A stretch of 64,000 nt of DNA, taken from NCBI GenBank assembly GCA_964535675.1, contig CAZHTD010000007.1, positions 5,701 through 69,700 of the forward strand, given 5' to 3'. Every line of letters begins with the position of its first letter. Positions within the stretch are counted from its first letter, which is position 1. The DNA comes from an uncultured Bifidobacteriaceae bacterium (GTDB taxonomy: Bacteria; Acidobacteriota; Vicinamibacteria; Vicinamibacterales; UBA2999). Shown in pieces: positions 9,310-18,081 of this stretch. The notes under the pieces are model-generated. The model saw only the letters and a list, made by a program, of their open reading frames with translations, was not told where the DNA came from and ran no database searches. A program made the position numbers and the translations under genes.

Positions 9310-10704
9310 ATGTTCGACGCACTGAGCACGCGGATCCAAGGCGCGTTCGCCTCGCTGAAGGGTGAGGCGCGCCTGACCGAGTTGAACGTTGAGTCAGCGT
9401 TGCGCGAGATCCGGATGGCGCTGCTCGAAGCGGACGTCAACTTTCAGGTCGTCAAGGCGTTCATTGATCGCGTGCGGGACCGCGCGATGGACCAGGCGGT
9501 TCTGCGCAGCCTAACGCCGGGGCAGCAGGTCACGAAGATCGTCCGTGACGAACTGCTCGCGCTGTTCGGCGACGGCACGGGCGGGCTAACGGCGTACGCT
9601 GGTGCGTCGCCCCGGGTGATCCTCCTGTTGGGCCTGCAGGGCTCAGGTAAGACGACGACGTCGGCCAAGCTGGCGCGGTGGTTGACGCGGGAAGGCCGGC
9701 ACCCGCTGCTGGTGTCGACGGATGTGCGGCGCCCGGCGGCCATCGAGCAGTTGCGCGTGCTCGGCGAGGAGGCGTCGATTCGCGTACACGCGCCGGGGAC
9801 GATGGATCCAGTTGCGCGCGCGGCTGAGGCCGTTGCCGAGGCAGAGGCTACCGGATTCGACACGGTGATCGTCGATACGGCCGGCCGGTTGCACATCGAC
9901 GACGAGCTGATGGCCGAGCTGGTCGCCATCAGGGAGGCGGTGCGGCCCGCCGACTTGCTGTACGTCGCCGATGCGATGACCGGGCAGGACGCCATCCAGA
10001 GCGCCGGTGAGTTCAACAGGCAGCTGGGCGTCACGGGCGTCGTGCTAACCAAGCTCGACGGCGACGCGCGGGGCGGTGCTGCACTGTCGGTGGTGTCGGT
10101 GGTCGGCGTGCCGATCGCTTTCATCGGGAGCGGCGAGCGGCTCGAGGACCTCGAGCTGTTCCATCCCGACCGGATCGTGTCGCGGATGCTCGGTATGGGT
10201 GACGTTCTGTCGCTCATCGAGAAGGCCGAGCAGGTCGTCGACAAGGACGAGGCGGAGCAGCTCGAGCAGAAGCTGCGCACGAACGCGTTCACGCTGGACG
10301 ACTTCCGCAGGCAGCTGCGGACGCTGCGCCGCATGGGGCCGCTCGAGAGCGTGCTGGGGATGATCCCAGGGCTCGGCAAGGTGGCTGCGGAGCAGGCGCC
10401 GGACGAGGGACAGCTGCGGCGCGTGGAGGCGATGGTCAGCTCGATGACGCTGGCCGAGCGGACCGATCACACGCTTCTGAACCGCAGCCGGCGGAGACGG
10501 ATCGCGCGCGGCAGCGGGACGTCGGTCGAGGATGTCAACCGGCTGGTAAAGCAATTCGTGGAGATGCGACGCGTCCTCCAGATGGTGGGGCAGAGAGGGC
10601 CGGCCGCGATGCAGAAGGGGATGGTGACGGCGCCGCGGTCCGGTACGGTCGGCCGGAAGAAGAGGAAGAAAAGCGGCCCGTGGGGGCTGATCAAGAGTCG
10701 CTGA
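9310..10704 (+). CDS. ffh: signal recognition particle protein Ffh
   Basis: ORF track: LLLGLQGSGKTTTSAKLA...DTAGRLH...LTKLDGDARGGAALS, an M-domain, and a basic C-terminal tail. Confidence 0.95.
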   Translation: MFDALSTRIQGAFASLKGEARLTELNVESALREIRMALLEADVNFQVVKAFIDRVRDRAMDQAVLRSLTPGQQVTKIVRDELLALFGDGTGGLTAYAGASPRVILLLGLQGSGKTTTSAKLARWLTREGRHPLLVSTDVRRPAAIEQLRVLGEEASIRVHAPGTMDPVARAAEAVAEAEATGFDTVIVDTAGRLHIDDELMAELVAIREAVRPADLLYVADAMTGQDAIQSAGEFNRQLGVTGVVLTKLDGDARGGAALSVVSVVGVPIAFIGSGERLEDLELFHPDRIVSRMLGMGDVLSLIEKAEQVVDKDEAEQLEQKLRTNAFTLDDFRRQLRTLRRMGPLESVLGMIPGLGKVAAEQAPDEGQLRRVEAMVSSMTLAERTDHTLLNRSRRRRIARGSGTSVEDVNRLVKQFVEMRRVLQMVGQRGPAAMQKGMVTAPRSGTVGRKKRKKSGPWGLIKSR

Positions 10705-10722
10705 CGCGATGTGTGATGAACC

Positions 10723-10765
10723 CCAAGGGGGCAGTATCTTAAGGCGGCTTGATACCGCCCCTTGG
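10723..10765 (+). other. imperfect long stem-loop between ffh and rpsP
   Basis: CCAAGGGG (10723-10730) pairs with CCCCTTGG (10758-10765), with an inner GTATC/GATAC pairing. There is no U-tract, so it is not a canonical intrinsic terminator. It may be an rpsP leader structure. Confidence 0.3.
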
Positions 10766-10793
10766 ATCAGGTGAGTGAGAGGGAGCAGGTAGG

Positions 10794-11072
10794 ATGTTGT
10801 CTATTCGTTTGCGGCGTGCGGGTTCCACCAAGCGGCCGTTTTTCCGTGTGGTAGTGACCGAGGCTCGCCAGAAGGCCGACGGCAATTTCGTTGAGCTGCT
10901 AGGCACGTACGACCCTCGGTCGAAGCCGGCCCAGGTCTCGGTCAACATCGAGCGCGTGCGGTACTGGCTGGAGCACGGTGCCCAGCCGAGCGATTCGGTC
11001 CGGACGCTGGTGCAGAAGCATCTGACGCGTGACCTGTCGGCGCAGACCGAGGCGCCCGCGGCCGCAGAGTAG
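10794..11072 (+). CDS. rpsP: 30S ribosomal protein S16
   Basis: ORF track: MLSIRLRRAGSTKRPFFRVVVTEARQKADGNFVELLGTYDP. GGGAGCAGG lies upstream as a Shine-Dalgarno. Confidence 0.95.
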   Translation: MLSIRLRRAGSTKRPFFRVVVTEARQKADGNFVELLGTYDPRSKPAQVSVNIERVRYWLEHGAQPSDSVRTLVQKHLTRDLSAQTEAPAAAE

Positions 11073-11314
11073 ATGGGCGCCGACACGGTGCGCGCCGTGA
11101 TCGAAGTCGTGTCCGGGCGCTGGTCGATGACCCGGACGCGGTGCAGATCCGTAAGCCCGAGCGGCGCAGCAGGACGGTGCTTGAACTGACCACCGTGCGA
11201 CGACATGGGAAGATCATCAGGCGACAGGGACGTACAGCGTTCGCGTTGTGCAAGCTGGTGGCCGTGAAGGCCGAGCGTCACGGCGAGGGTGTGGATCTCG
11301 ATATTCGGGATTAA
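11073..11314 (+). pseudogene. KH-domain RNA-binding protein (YlqC-like), with an apparent 1-nt frame disruption near 11112-11119
   Basis: ATG 11073 gives MGADTVRAVIEVVSG..., which stops at 11187. The -1 frame continues ALVDDPDAVQIRKPERRSRTVLELTTVRRHGKIIRRQGRTAFALCKLVAVKAERHGEGVDLDIRD to TAA 11312-11314 but has no upstream start. Joined, the two parts reproduce the usual KH protein found between rpsP and rimM. Confidence 0.6.
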
Positions 11315-11442
11315 TCACCCCAACCCGGATGTTGATCTGGCGCTGGCGCACTGTATTCTCGGAGCGGTTGGCACCGTGGCTTGGGTCGACATCCTGAGCT
11401 GATGACTGGCACGCAGTGACGGTGTGCAGGGATCTAGGGGCC

Positions 11443-12003
11443 ATGACGGACTTGACGGAGATGGTGCTCGTGGGTCGCGTCACCAAGCCGCATGGATTGC
11501 GCGGGCACGTGTTCGTCGATCCCGAGACGGACTTCGTGGAAGACCGGTTCGCACCGGGCGTTCGGCTCTGGGCACAGGTCGGCGGCGAGCCTTGTGAGTT
11601 GATCGTCACGTCGTCGCGGCTCCAGGGGTCCCGGCCGGTGGTCGCATTCGAGGGGCAGGCGAGTCGCACCGATGCCGAGGCGCTGGTCGGTGTAGAACTG
11701 CGCGTGCCGGAGGCCGAGCTGACGCCGCTGCCGGAGGGTCGCTACTACCTGCACCAGCTGCGGGGATGCACGGTGGAGACGGTGCGCGGTGATCGTGTGG
11801 GAATCGTCAGCCGCGTGGAGATCGGGGCGGGCGACGGGTGCTTGGTGGTACTCGGATCGTCAGGCGAAGTACTAGTGCCGCTAGCCGACGATATCTGCGT
11901 AGATGTCGACGTGGGGGCGGGCCGAATCCGAATTGCTCCGCCCGAAGGATTGCTCAACCTCAATGCTGCAGCGGCGCGGCGTGGCGGGGCGCACGACACG
12001 TGA
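11443..12003 (+). CDS. rimM: 16S rRNA processing protein RimM
   Basis: ORF 11416..12003: MVLVGRVTKPHGLRGHVFVDPETDF... and a PRC-barrel C-terminus. The start may be GTG 11416 or ATG 11443. Confidence 0.85.
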   Translation: MTDLTEMVLVGRVTKPHGLRGHVFVDPETDFVEDRFAPGVRLWAQVGGEPCELIVTSSRLQGSRPVVAFEGQASRTDAEALVGVELRVPEAELTPLPEGRYYLHQLRGCTVETVRGDRVGIVSRVEIGAGDGCLVVLGSSGEVLVPLADDICVDVDVGAGRIRIAPPEGLLNLNAAAARRGGAHDT

Positions 12004-12770
12004 AGTTCGACATCGTCACGATCTTCCCGCGCATGGTCGAAGCCGGTTTCGCGGAGGGCGTGGTGAGCCGGGCGATGGCTGCGGGGCGGCTCGACGTGGC
12101 AGTGCACGACCTGCGCGCCTACACGAACGACCGCCACCGGAGCGTCGATGACGTGCCGTACGGCGGCGGCCCGGGGATGGTCTTAAAGCCGGAGCCGTTG
12201 GTGCGCGCGGTCGAGGATGTCACGGCGCGCCGGGGTGCTCCCGCAGTCGTGGTGCTGCCGTCGCCGCAGGGGCACCGGTTCACGCATGCCGAGGCTCGGC
12301 GGCTCGGCGATGCGGGTCACGTGCTGCTCCTCTGCGGGCGGTACGAGGGCGTGGACGAGCGCGTGACGGCACTTGTGGGGGCCGAGGAGCTGTCGATCGG
12401 CGACTACGTGCTGAGCGGGGGCGAGCTGCCCGCGCTGGTGATCGTGGACGCCGTCAGTCGGCTGGTGCCTGGCGTGGTCGGGGATGAGCGGTCGGTGGCG
12501 GAGGACTCGTTTGCCAACGGGCTGCTGGACTACCCCCACTACACCCGGCCCGAGATGTTCCGTGGGATGCGCGTGCCGGAGGTGCTGCTGTCGGGGCACC
12601 ACGTGGAGGTGGAGCGCTGGCGGCGGCGGACCGCAGTTGAGCGCACGACGGCACGACGGCCAGACCTGCTGGCCTCCGCGGCGCTGGAGGATGCCGAGCG
12701 GGCCGTCGTCGAGCGGTTGCGCGGCGGTAAGCGTCGCAGAGATGATGAGAGGTCGGAGGACGAGCGATGA
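12000..12770 (+). CDS. trmD: tRNA (guanine37-N1)-methyltransferase TrmD
   Basis: C-terminal part of ORF 11838..12770: [17 protein letters not shown]...[18 protein letters not shown]...[13 protein letters not shown]...[17 protein letters not shown] 12000 forms a GTGA overlap with the rimM stop. Confidence 0.9.
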   Translation: MKFDIVTIFPRMVEAGFAEGVVSRAMAAGRLDVAVHDLRAYTNDRHRSVDDVPYGGGPGMVLKPEPLVRAVEDVTARRGAPAVVVLPSPQGHRFTHAEARRLGDAGHVLLLCGRYEGVDERVTALVGAEELSIGDYVLSGGELPALVIVDAVSRLVPGVVGDERSVAEDSFANGLLDYPHYTRPEMFRGMRVPEVLLSGHHVEVERWRRRTAVERTTARRPDLLASAALEDAERAVVERLRGGKRRRDDERSEDER

Positions 12771-13114
12771 GCGCGATTGAGACGGTGGAGACGCCACAGC
12801 TGACCGAACGCCCGGACATGCGCTCCGGCGACACGGTCCGCGTGCACGTACGGGTGCGCGAGGGCGAGAAGGAACGAATCCAGGTGTTCGAGGGGATCGT
12901 GATCGGTATGCATCGTGGCAGCGCGCGCGCGTCGTTCACCGTGCGTAAGGTTTCCTTCGGCCAGGGCGTGGAGCGGATCTTTCCGCTGCACTCGCCGACC
13001 ATCGCGAAGGTCGAGGTCGTGCGGTCGGCTAGAGTGCGACGTGCGAAGCTGTACTTCCTCCGGAGCCGACGCGGCAAGGCTGCCCGGATGAAAGCAGTCA
13101 AACGCAACCGGTAG
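12767..13114 (+). CDS. rplS: 50S ribosomal protein L19
   Basis: ORF track: [57 protein letters not shown]. Confidence 0.95.
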   Translation: MSAIETVETPQLTERPDMRSGDTVRVHVRVREGEKERIQVFEGIVIGMHRGSARASFTVRKVSFGQGVERIFPLHSPTIAKVEVVRSARVRRAKLYFLRSRRGKAARMKAVKRNR

Positions 13115-13146
13115 GGCCGTCTGCCCTGGGAGGCCGGAGCCGAGCC

Positions 13147-13773
13147 GTGGCGAAACGGGTTCGGGCGACGCGCACGATCGAGAACGCCGTTCGGCGTTGG
13201 GGATTCCATCGGGTGGCCGGCTGTGACGAGGTCGGCCGTGGCTGCTTGGCCGGTCCGGTCGTTGCCGCGGCCGTGATCCTCGATCCCGCTAGGCATGTGC
13301 CGGGTCTGGCTGATTCCAAGACCCTCACGCCGCGGGCACGTGACCGCCTCTACGACAGCATCGCCGCTCGCGCCATTGCGTGGGCCGTCGCCTCCTCGTC
13401 GCCGACGGTGATCGATCGGGTCAACATCCATCAGGCATCGCTCGATGCGATGCGCCGTGCCGTCCTGGCGCTGGTACCTCAGCCCGATCTGGTCCTCGTT
13501 GACGCGTTCCACGTTCCGGGCCTGTTGCAGGCCCAGCGCGGGGTGCCCAAGGGCGACCGGCGCAGCGCCGCGATCGCCGCCGCGTCGATCATGGCCAAGG
13601 TCACGCGCGACCGCGAGATGCTGGTGCACGATGCCGCCGACCCGCGGTACGGCTACGGGCGTCACAAGGGTTATGCGACCCGGGCGCACCTTGAGGCTGT
13701 GGCCTTGCACGGGTATTCGCCGCTGCACCGCCGATCGTTCAGATCACCAAGCCTGTTTGATAGGATGGAGTAG
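13147..13773 (+). CDS. rnhB: ribonuclease HII
   Basis: ORF track: AGCDEVGRGCLAGPVVAAAVIL...DSKTLT...GYPS-like C-terminus (YGYGRHKGYATRAHLEA). Confidence 0.9.
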   Translation: MAKRVRATRTIENAVRRWGFHRVAGCDEVGRGCLAGPVVAAAVILDPARHVPGLADSKTLTPRARDRLYDSIAARAIAWAVASSSPTVIDRVNIHQASLDAMRRAVLALVPQPDLVLVDAFHVPGLLQAQRGVPKGDRRSAAIAAASIMAKVTRDREMLVHDAADPRYGYGRHKGYATRAHLEAVALHGYSPLHRRSFRSPSLFDRME

Positions 13774-13855
13774 CCACTCGCGGCGGAGGGCTGTCGTGCG
13801 TCGAGGCCATCCGCATGACCGTGTCCCCTCCCGTCGCAGCCTTGGTTGTCCCGAC

Positions 13856-14429
13856 ATGGCGATCGAACACGACGCGATCGTGCAGCAGGCTGAGCGGTTA
13901 CGGTGGCAGAGGCGGCTCGGCGAGGCCATCGCCGAGTATCTTCCGTCTGGTGCACGCGCGTCCGTGCGAGTGGAACGTCCGCAACGCCTTCGGCGATCTG
14001 TTTGCACACAAGGGCGAGACGGCGGAGGCCGTCGAGCAACTGCTGCTGGCCGACCACTTGGCCGTCCCCGGATTCCTGCCCTGCGCCACTGTGCTCTATA
14101 GGAGGATCCGGAAGGTCGACGCGGCCTACGAACCGGCGGGAGTGGCCGCTTGGCTCGAGCCGGGCGCGGAGGCGGCCGAGCACTTAGGCCGCGCTGCAGA
14201 CGCGATGGAGGCGAGCCTCAAGGTGGCCGAACTCCTGCTCAACCATCGGGAGGTGCGCACGTGGACGGTCGAGCCCTGCTTGGTGGCGGGCGAGCGTGAG
14301 CGGGCACTGGCCCTGCTCGACATGGACGCATGCGCCGTCGAGCCAGACCTACTGCTCGGGCTGGTGCACCATGAGCTGCTGCTCCCGGTGAATCCGTCAC
14401 GCCGGGAGCCAGTGGCGCACGGCGGATGA
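13856..14429 (+). pseudogene. TPR-like protein with an apparent +1 frame disruption at about 13940-13944
   Basis: ATG 13856 gives MAIEHDAIVQQAERLRWQRRLGEAIAEYL (frame of ORF 13445..14101). The sense then continues in the frame of ORF 13815..14429: RLVHARPCEWNVRNAFGDLFAHKGETAEAVEQLLLADHLAVPGFLPCATVLYRRIRKVD... G/C third-position bias switches frame at the same point. The annotated N-terminus of ORF 13815 (MTVSPPVAALVVPTWRSNTTRS) looks non-coding. Confidence 0.5.
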
Positions 14430-14677
14430 GACGCCTCCTGTACATCGCCTTCTTCTTCGAGGTTGGGTTCGTCCTCGTCGTGACACCGTGGTCTGGGTTC
14501 TGGGATCGGAACTATTTCCTGCAGGAGGCGTCGCTGCTACAGGCAATTCTCACCAACGACTTCGTGCGGGGAGGGATCTCAGGCCTCGGCTTAGTGAACA
14601 TCTTCGCGGGGTTTTCGGGCTTGGTCGCGCAGATCATGGCGCGCACGAGCCCGGGCTCGATCGTCGACGAGCGGTGA
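14426..14677 (+). CDS. small hydrophobic membrane protein, unknown function
   Basis: ORF track, 83 aa: MRRLLYIAFFFEVGFVLVVTPWSGFW...GLGLVNIFAGFSGLVAQ. ATGA overlap upstream and GTGA overlap downstream. Confidence 0.5.
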   Translation: MRRLLYIAFFFEVGFVLVVTPWSGFWDRNYFLQEASLLQAILTNDFVRGGISGLGLVNIFAGFSGLVAQIMARTSPGSIVDER

Positions 14678-15321
14678 CGCCGCTGGTTTGCATGGTGACG
14701 GATCGGCGTCTGGCGGGATCCGAATGGATGGACGACCTGCCGGCGCGGGTGGGGGCGGCCGCGCGCGCCGGTGTCGATCTCGTGCAGGTGCGCGAGCCGA
14801 ACCTCGATGGTGGCGCATTGGCTAGGCTCGTCACGGCGTGTGTCAGTGCGGTCCCGGACACTGGGGCGCGCGTCGTCGTCAACGATCGTCTGGACGTGGC
14901 GCTGGCCACCGGCGCGCACGGTGTGCACTTGCCGGCCGATGGTGCCCCCTCTGCGCGGGTACGGGCGGCGGTGCCGCCGGGGTTTCTCGTGGGGAGGTCG
15001 GTACACAGTGCAATCGAGGCGAAACAGGCGGCCGACGGCGGCGCAGTGGATTACTTGATCCTGGGGACGGTCTTCACCTCCGTGTCCAAGCCTGGCTGGC
15101 GGCCGTGCGGCACGACAGCGCTAGCCGCGGCCGCGGCTGGGGTGAGCGTGCCCGTGCTGGCCATCGGTGGCATCACCCTCGAGCGGGTGCCAGAGGTGGT
15201 AGCGGCCGGGGCGGGTGGTGTCGCCGGAATCAGCCTGTTTGCCACCGGGACGCCGACGAACCTGGAGAGGACCGTGGCGGCGATCCGTCGGATGTTTGAC
15301 ACCCCCGAAGGGCTTTCCTAA
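14674..15321 (+). CDS. thiamine-phosphate synthase family protein (divergent ThiE/TenI-like paralog)
   Basis: C-terminal part of ORF 14488..15321: VCMVTDRR...GVDLVQVREPNLDG...VVVNDRLDVALATGAHGVHLPADG...DYLILGTVFTSVSKPG...VLAIGGITLERV...GVAGISLF. Start at GTG 14674 (GTGA overlap). Confidence 0.7.
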   Translation: MTPLVCMVTDRRLAGSEWMDDLPARVGAAARAGVDLVQVREPNLDGGALARLVTACVSAVPDTGARVVVNDRLDVALATGAHGVHLPADGAPSARVRAAVPPGFLVGRSVHSAIEAKQAADGGAVDYLILGTVFTSVSKPGWRPCGTTALAAAAAGVSVPVLAIGGITLERVPEVVAAGAGGVAGISLFATGTPTNLERTVAAIRRMFDTPEGLS

Positions 15322-15322
15322 C

Positions 15323-16057
15323 ATGGCGCGAATGTCGACACCTAGGTCGGCGGAGGGCGCGTTCGGCACCAAGTTGAAGGAGGCCCGGGAAGCCCGTGGC
15401 GTCACGCTGCGCCAGATTGCCGACCGAACAAAGCTGTCCATGGTGACTCTTGAGGCCCTTGAGCGCAACGACATCTCGAGGCTGCCCGGCGGCATCTTCA
15501 CCCGCGCGTTCGTCCGATCCTATGCGGCTGAGATCGGCCTCGATCCCGAGCGTACTGTGCGGGAGTTTATCGAAGAGTTTCCACATGACTGGGTCACGGC
15601 GGGCAGTGCCCATATGCGGCAGGACAGCGACGGGCGCGCTTCCGAGTTGCGGCGACGGGCGCTGGCGCTGGCCGGCGGCGGCGTGATCATCGTTGCAGCG
15701 CTCGCCGGTGGATGGCTGGTTTGGAGTGGTGCGGCCGATTCCGCCGGCGGCACAGGTGTCGCGCCCGCCGGGCCGCCAGCGTCGGCGGTCGCGCCGATGG
15801 TTTTCGAAATCATGGCCGCATTGCCGTTAACCGTGGAGGTGTCGGTCGACGGTGCGCAGAGCGAAGTGCACGACGTCGTGGCTGGCGAACGACTCGTGCT
15901 GTCGGTCGAGCATGAGGTGGTGCTTAATGCCAGCGATGGTGGCAGCCTTCGCCTCAGCATCGATGGACAGTCGGTTGCCCCGATTGGGCTGCCGGGCGAG
16001 GCCGCGTCGGTGCGCATCGATCGCGACAACGTCGAGTCGTTCCTCGCCGTCCGGTAG
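15323..16057 (+). CDS. RodZ-like helix-turn-helix membrane protein
   Basis: C-terminal part of ORF 15215..16057: FGTKLKEAREARGVTLRQIADRTKLSMVTLEALERNDISRLPGGIFTRAFVRSYAAEIGLD, then a TM segment. The start is ATG 15323 or ATG 15332, the latter 7 nt after a TAACAT box. Confidence 0.7.
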   Translation: MARMSTPRSAEGAFGTKLKEAREARGVTLRQIADRTKLSMVTLEALERNDISRLPGGIFTRAFVRSYAAEIGLDPERTVREFIEEFPHDWVTAGSAHMRQDSDGRASELRRRALALAGGGVIIVAALAGGWLVWSGAADSAGGTGVAPAGPPASAVAPMVFEIMAALPLTVEVSVDGAQSEVHDVVAGERLVLSVEHEVVLNASDGGSLRLSIDGQSVAPIGLPGEAASVRIDRDNVESFLAVR

Positions 16058-16075
16058 TTCTTCACTTAGCTCCGC

Positions 16076-16760
16076 ATGGACATCCGGTCGCTGTTGCTCG
16101 AACTCTTTTCGCTGTGGGGAGGTGGCGCCCGATGTCCAGCTGCCCGCCGCGTAGGATGCCCTCGCCCCGCGGGCCCACGAGCAGATTGCGCTCCTCCTTC
16201 TGCTGTTCGGTGCCCACGGTCCCGAGATCGCTTGGACGGTGCACAGACCCTCAAGGTGATCCCTTGGGACGCGCTGGCCGGGTTCCTCGCACGGCCGGAC
16301 GTCGGCGGCGACGTGCGGGAGTTCTTCGCTGCACTCGGCATCGCGCCAGCCGACGTCTTGGCTGGGGGAGGGAGTCGAGTCGTTTGTCGATACCGCCGAG
16401 CCGGCGCCTGAAGCCAAGGAGGTCCGAGAGACGCTGGAGGACACACGCTCGACCCTTCAGCGGAGCCGCGATGCCGGTGGTGCAGAAGAGCAGCCTCCCC
16501 TGAAGGGCGGCGCAGAGGTGGAGCCCATCGAGCGGATGTCTAACATTTCGACGGACATCCTGCGCATCATCGCGACGACGCAGACGTGGGTGAAGGACTA
16601 TGCGGTCGTCGCGGCGCTGACGCGAAACGCGAACACACCGGTGGCACTGCCCACTAAACCTGCTCGGCCGGCTGAACGACTGGACCTTCGACTGTTGTCA
16701 AACGTGGCCGACAGACCGCGGATCAGCGCTCGCAAGAAGCTGGCGCTCGACACGCAGTGA
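16076..16760 (+). pseudogene. decayed conserved-hypothetical gene with three frame switches and one in-frame TAG
   Basis: Protein-like sense hops between two frames. It reads MDIRSLLLELFSLWG, then EVAPDVQLPAA-TAG(16152)-DALAPRAHEQIALLLLLFGAHGPEIA, then LDGAQTLKVIPWDALAGFLARPDVGGDVREFFAALGIAPADVL, then GVESFVDTAEPAPEAKEV...ILRIIATTQTWVKDYAVVAALTRNANTPVAL...ARKKLALDTQ. No single frame is open. Confidence 0.5.
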
Positions 16761-16761
16761 T

Positions 16762-17013
16762 TCAGGCCTTGCCCAGGTGCTTCAGGCGCTTGGTCCCGCG
16801 CCCTTTCGTCTTCCGCTCCTTTGCCTTCCGTTTCTCAGCGGTCGCCTCTCGCGGGCCCACTGCGTGCACATTGTGGTTAGGCCTCCCATGTAGACGGTCG
16901 CGCGCTCTCGATAGCTCCTCCGACTCCGGGCGGGTCAGCAGGGAGACCGCCTGGGCCAGATCCTGCTGAATCGTGGCCGGAAGTACAGGCGGCGAATCTC
17001 CTGCAGGGCCTTG
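16762..17013 (-). pseudogene. small ORF with a Lys/Arg-rich tail that lacks a canonical start; the 5' part seems frame-shifted
   Basis: The minus frame is open from 17013 to TGA 16762-16764: ...ATIQQDLAQAVSLLTRPESEELSRARDRLHGRPNHNVHAVGPREATAEKRKAKERKTKGRGTKRLKHLGKA. It has high G/C3 but no ATG/GTG/TTG. Upstream sense (VDLDKALQEIRRLYF) lies in another frame. Confidence 0.3.
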
Positions 17014-17071
17014 TCAAGGTCGACGGGGTGGCAGTGTCACGGCCCGGAGGGACACGCCCCTGTCTGACCGC

Positions 17072-18061
17072 TTAGCCACGGATGAGTCCACGGGGCTCGA
17101 TGCGGAAGTTCAGAAGACGGCCCCCGCTGGCGGACAGCGTCTGCGCGATGGCTTCCCGGCGCTCCGGAGGACCGTAGCAGAACAGGCACCCGCCCCCACC
17201 GGCGCCGCAGACCTTGGCCGCAGTGGCGCCGGCGGCGGTCGCGTCGGTGATGAGGCGCTCAATGGCCGGCGTGGTTACTCCGGGCACCAGGCGCTTACGG
17301 TGCTCCCACTCCTCGACGATGGCCTCGCCCAACCCGTTCCAATCGCGCTCACTCAGCGCGGTGCGCATAGCGGCCGTGGCACGCACAATGTCGGCCATGC
17401 AGTCGCGCACGTGAGTGTCACCGTCGATGTGTCGCTTGGTGATCTCCCAGTTGGTGATGCCTGACTGCCGGGGCGTTCCTGTGTAGCACAGCACCATGCG
17501 GCGCTCGAGCGCCTCGGCCTCGATGTCCAGTGGCACACGGCGCACACCCTCTGGTCCCAGCTCGAGGGCCGCGATGCCGCCATAGAGCGCCGGGCGGTAG
17601 TCCTGGAGGCCGGTCGGTACGCCGATGGCCTGCGCTTCGACGTTCAGGGCTAACTGGAGTAGTGCCTCTGGCTCGTAGTGGACCTGTCGCCACTCGGCGA
17701 GTGCCGCGCAGCAGGCCACGGTGAGCGCCGACGACCCGGCGATTCCGGCGCCCGCAGGAGACTCGGCCACCGACGTGATGGTCACGCCGCGCGCCTCGAA
17801 GGCCACGGCGATGAGCGAGAGGAGGCGCAGCGTGCCGGCATCGCGCAGCGCGTGCCAGTCGTCGGCCTCGACGACGGCGCCGGTGTCCTCGGAGCGGATC
17901 ACGACACGGTCGTCGCCGCGTGAGTCGATGCGCACCCGCGCACGGAGGCTGATGGCAGCGTTGAGCGTCTGCGCACCGGGGTGAAAGAGGTAGAGCGGCC
18001 AGATGTCGAGCGTGCCGCCGCCGAGGTCGATTCGCGTCGGCGCGGAAGTGTCGATGCGCAC
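17072..18061 (-). CDS. GHMP-superfamily sugar kinase (HddA/fucokinase-like sugar-1-kinase type)
   Basis: ORF 17072..18286, trimmed to GTG 18061 because the first 75 codons overlap nagZ and are Arg/Pro junk. VRIDTSAPTRIDLGGGTLDIWPLYLF..., GHMP motif II ESPAGAGIAGSSALTVA, motif III KVCGAGGGGCLF. Confidence 0.8.
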   Translation of the reverse strand: MRIDTSAPTRIDLGGGTLDIWPLYLFHPGAQTLNAAISLRARVRIDSRGDDRVVIRSEDTGAVVEADDWHALRDAGTLRLLSLIAVAFEARGVTITSVAESPAGAGIAGSSALTVACCAALAEWRQVHYEPEALLQLALNVEAQAIGVPTGLQDYRPALYGGIAALELGPEGVRRVPLDIEAEALERRMVLCYTGTPRQSGITNWEITKRHIDGDTHVRDCMADIVRATAAMRTALSERDWNGLGEAIVEEWEHRKRLVPGVTTPAIERLITDATAAGATAAKVCGAGGGGCLFCYGPPERREAIAQTLSASGGRLLNFRIEPRGLIRG

Positions 18062-18067
18062 GCCCAA

Positions 18068-18075
18068 ATTATAAT
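18068..18075. promoter_or_regulatory. palindromic ATTATAAT: a perfect TATAAT -10 hexamer on both strands, 6 nt from each divergent GTG
   Basis: The 20-bp intergenic segment 18062-18081 reads gcccaaATTATAATgagtgg. Plus strand: TATAAT 18070-18075, then 6 nt, then GTG 18082. Minus strand: TATAAT 18073-18068, then 6 nt, then GTG 18061. Confidence 0.45.
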
Positions 18076-18081
18076 GAGTGG

